From: Marsupella aquatica
Taxonomy: Eukaryota > Plantae > Marchantiophyta
Direction of reading: 5' to 3'
Assembly (NCBI GenBank): GCA_973895155.1
Contig: OZ316896.1
Location: forward strand, 16,728,754 to 16,792,753
DNA length: 64,000 nucleotides
Shown piece by piece: positions 61,901 through 64,000 of this stretch (position 1 is its first letter; every line of letters begins with the position of its first letter). The notes under the pieces were generated by a model. It made no database searches. It was not told the DNA's origin and was given only the letters and a program-made list of their open reading frames with translations. The position numbers and the translations under genes were made by a program.

Positions 61901-63435
61901 CGTTCCGCTCCCAATTGGCAAAAGAGCCATCTCCTCACGATGGGTCTACCGTATCAAGCAAGAGCTCAACCCTCTTCGACAAAGGCTCAAGTCTAGATTG
62001 GTAGCCAGAGGTCTTGAGCAACGACATGGCATTGATTTTGAAGACACGTTTGCTCCTGTCATCAAATGGTCTACTCTGCGGTTTATCATTGCTCTTGCAG
62101 CAGCATCGGGATGGCGGTTGAGTCATATGGATGTCATTACAACTTTTCTAAATGGAAAATTGAAGGAATTGATCTATATGATGCAGCCACCTGGCTTTGA
62201 AGTCCCAGGCCAAGAGAATCTTGTCTGTCGCTTGAAGCGTAGCATCTATGGGCTGAAGCAGTCTCCTCGAGCCTGGTATGAGGAAATCAATGCTTTTCTG
62301 ATCAGTACAGGGTGGACCAGAAGTGCAGCCGACTACAATCTTTACTTTCTGAATGACAACGGGAAATTTGACAATGTTCTTCTTCTTCTCTTTGTTGATG
62401 ATCTCTTACTCACCGGCAACGATGAATCCAAGATTGCAGCAGTCAAGGTACAATTACGTGAGAAATATCAGATGAAGGATCTTGGGTATGCGCAAAAATA
62501 CCTGGGTATCGAATTTGTGGAGACATCATCTGGTATGTTCATCCACCAAAAGACCTACTGTGAACAACTCATGGAGGACTATGATATGATAAATTGTCGC
62601 TCTGCTGCAGTCCCACTACCTGAAGGAATTCAGCTATTATCTGAGACAGCTACACTTACTACTGCCAACTTGTCGGGAAGCTTATTTATCTTACGAATAC
62701 TCGCCCCGACCTTGCATATGCTGTTGGAATTCTAAGCAGGTTTATGAGCCGTCCTCAGCAGAAGCACCTTGATGCAGCAGTACATGTCTTGAGATACATT
62801 AAACCGACAACTGACTATGGATGTTCTATCCCCGCTCCTCGTCTCTTTCCTTAGAAGGCTTCACCGATTCTGATCATGGAGCATGTAAAGAAACAAGGAG
62901 GTCTATTGGTGCATATCTCTTCAAGTTTGCGGGAGGCACTATTACCTGGTCAAGTAAGCGACAACCTACCGTGTCTCAAAGTTCAACCGAAGCAGAATAT
63001 AGAGCACTATCTGAAGGTGCCAGGGAGGCAGTATTCTTACGACAGCTCATTCGTGAGCTGCGGTTTATTCCTCAGGTACAGGCAATCCTCAGTTGCAGCG
63101 ATTCTGAGGTATTGTCAAATCTGTCACAAGCTGGTACACCCACTTCATTGGATTCCCATCTCAATCTGTTTTGTGACAACCAGGGCTCCATCAACCTTGC
63201 CAAAAATCCAATTTTCCATGCACGTACAAAGCACATTGAAGTGCAACATCACTTCATTAGGGAACGTGTTCTCGAAGGAGAGCTAAAATTACGTCACATT
63301 CCTACTTCTGACCAGCCGGCAGATATGCTGACCAAACCCTTGGGCAGAATCAAATTCCATCAACATCGATCCTTTATTGGATTAAAGTCTTTGCACGATG
63401 TTATACGAGACTGCCAAATCACTCAGGTCAAATGA
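58972..63435 (+). pseudogene. Copia gag-pol polyprotein, disrupted
   Basis: EKLDGTKNY; CNFCGYAGHWESNC; WLIDSGASMH; WHRRLCH...CDSC; QNGVAERKNRT; IYGLKQSPRAW; LFVDD; TDSD/AEY/CDNQ/ADMLTK. Stop at 59161-3; frameshifts at ~60870, ~61600, ~62655 and ~62820. Confidence 0.95.
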
Positions 63436-63594
63436 GTCCTCGCTGTGTCTCTCGACTTCAATCAATCTGAATTCTACTCTGATTGGATTCTACTGCACTC
63501 CGTTCCGACTGCAGGATACGAGGGGGCATCATTGAAGGCCCTGTTTGCTATCGAACTGCTTGTGCTGCAATTGCAATGTTCGGACGCGAGGGGG

Positions 63595-63852
63595 TGTTAA
63601 CGTTACGTCCGAACTCTATTTCTGTGTTCTCCTCATTACTCTGATAGTACACTTCTGTTAATACATTCTTACCTAACCTCACTTAGTGATTTAATTACAT
63701 TCGTTAGATCTAGGGCTAACTAGTCCTACGGCCAGATTTGGCCCACAGTTTAGTTAGCGCTGTGCCATCCCTTTCCACTGTATATAGTTGTCCCCTGCCG
63801 GGATCTCCGTGTTCAATTCATTATTTTCAATCAGTGAAGCTAATTTCTTTCA
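63595..63852 (+). repeat. Copia 3' LTR
   Basis: TGTTAACG...TTTCA followed by TSD GATAG. Confidence 0.97.
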
Positions 63853-64000
63853 GATAGACCAGGAACAAACAGAGCACACCCAGATTGTGAAGATCGCAGA
63901 ACCCCTCGAGAGACCGTCGGAGAACTCTATCGGCATTCGCCAGTGACGCGAATTTGCAAGGAGGCAATAGACTAAGTACACATTCCGCTAGCCATATCCA

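Larger units (their letters stand above)
58623..63852 (+). mobile_element. Complete Ty1/copia LTR retrotransposon (5.23 kb)
   Basis: 258-bp LTRs at 58623-58880 and 63595-63852; TSD GATAG on both sides; PBS TGGTATCAAAGC; PPT GAGGGGG before the 3' LTR; domain order gag-PR-IN-RT-RH. Confidence 0.98.

Overview
This is eukaryotic nuclear DNA from a land plant. It is probably a non-seed plant such as a liverwort, which I infer from the plant gene orthologues, the GT-AG introns and a Replitron-type transposase. Five intact-looking genes are present: a divergent SMP+C2 CLB1/SYT7-like gene (11658-14629, +), an At5g64816-like small Cys-rich protein (16016-16453, -), plastid 3-dehydroquinate synthase (19638-23393, -, 8 exons), an At5g25070-like coiled-coil protein with a triplicated C-terminal module (41797-46314, +) and an intronless plastid sugar transporter of the pSuT/VGT3 type (49132-50922, +). 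Mobile DNA is abundant. A decayed Replitron-type Y1 HUH transposase (~28.2-29.4 kb) lies next to a full-length but inactivated Helitron (31300-39658) that has a second 3' terminator at 30678. A decayed L1-like LINE carries two MITEs with clear target-site duplications (TSDs). An unusual LTR-like insertion has a perfect 91-bp inverted terminus and a 5-bp TSD (57174-58390). A complete Ty1/copia element spans 58623-63852 with TSD GATAG. Many tandem and local duplications occur, and ~5-10 kb may hold a decayed gene. I found no rRNA, tRNA or CRISPR. All family assignments come from motif recognition by eye, not from database searches.
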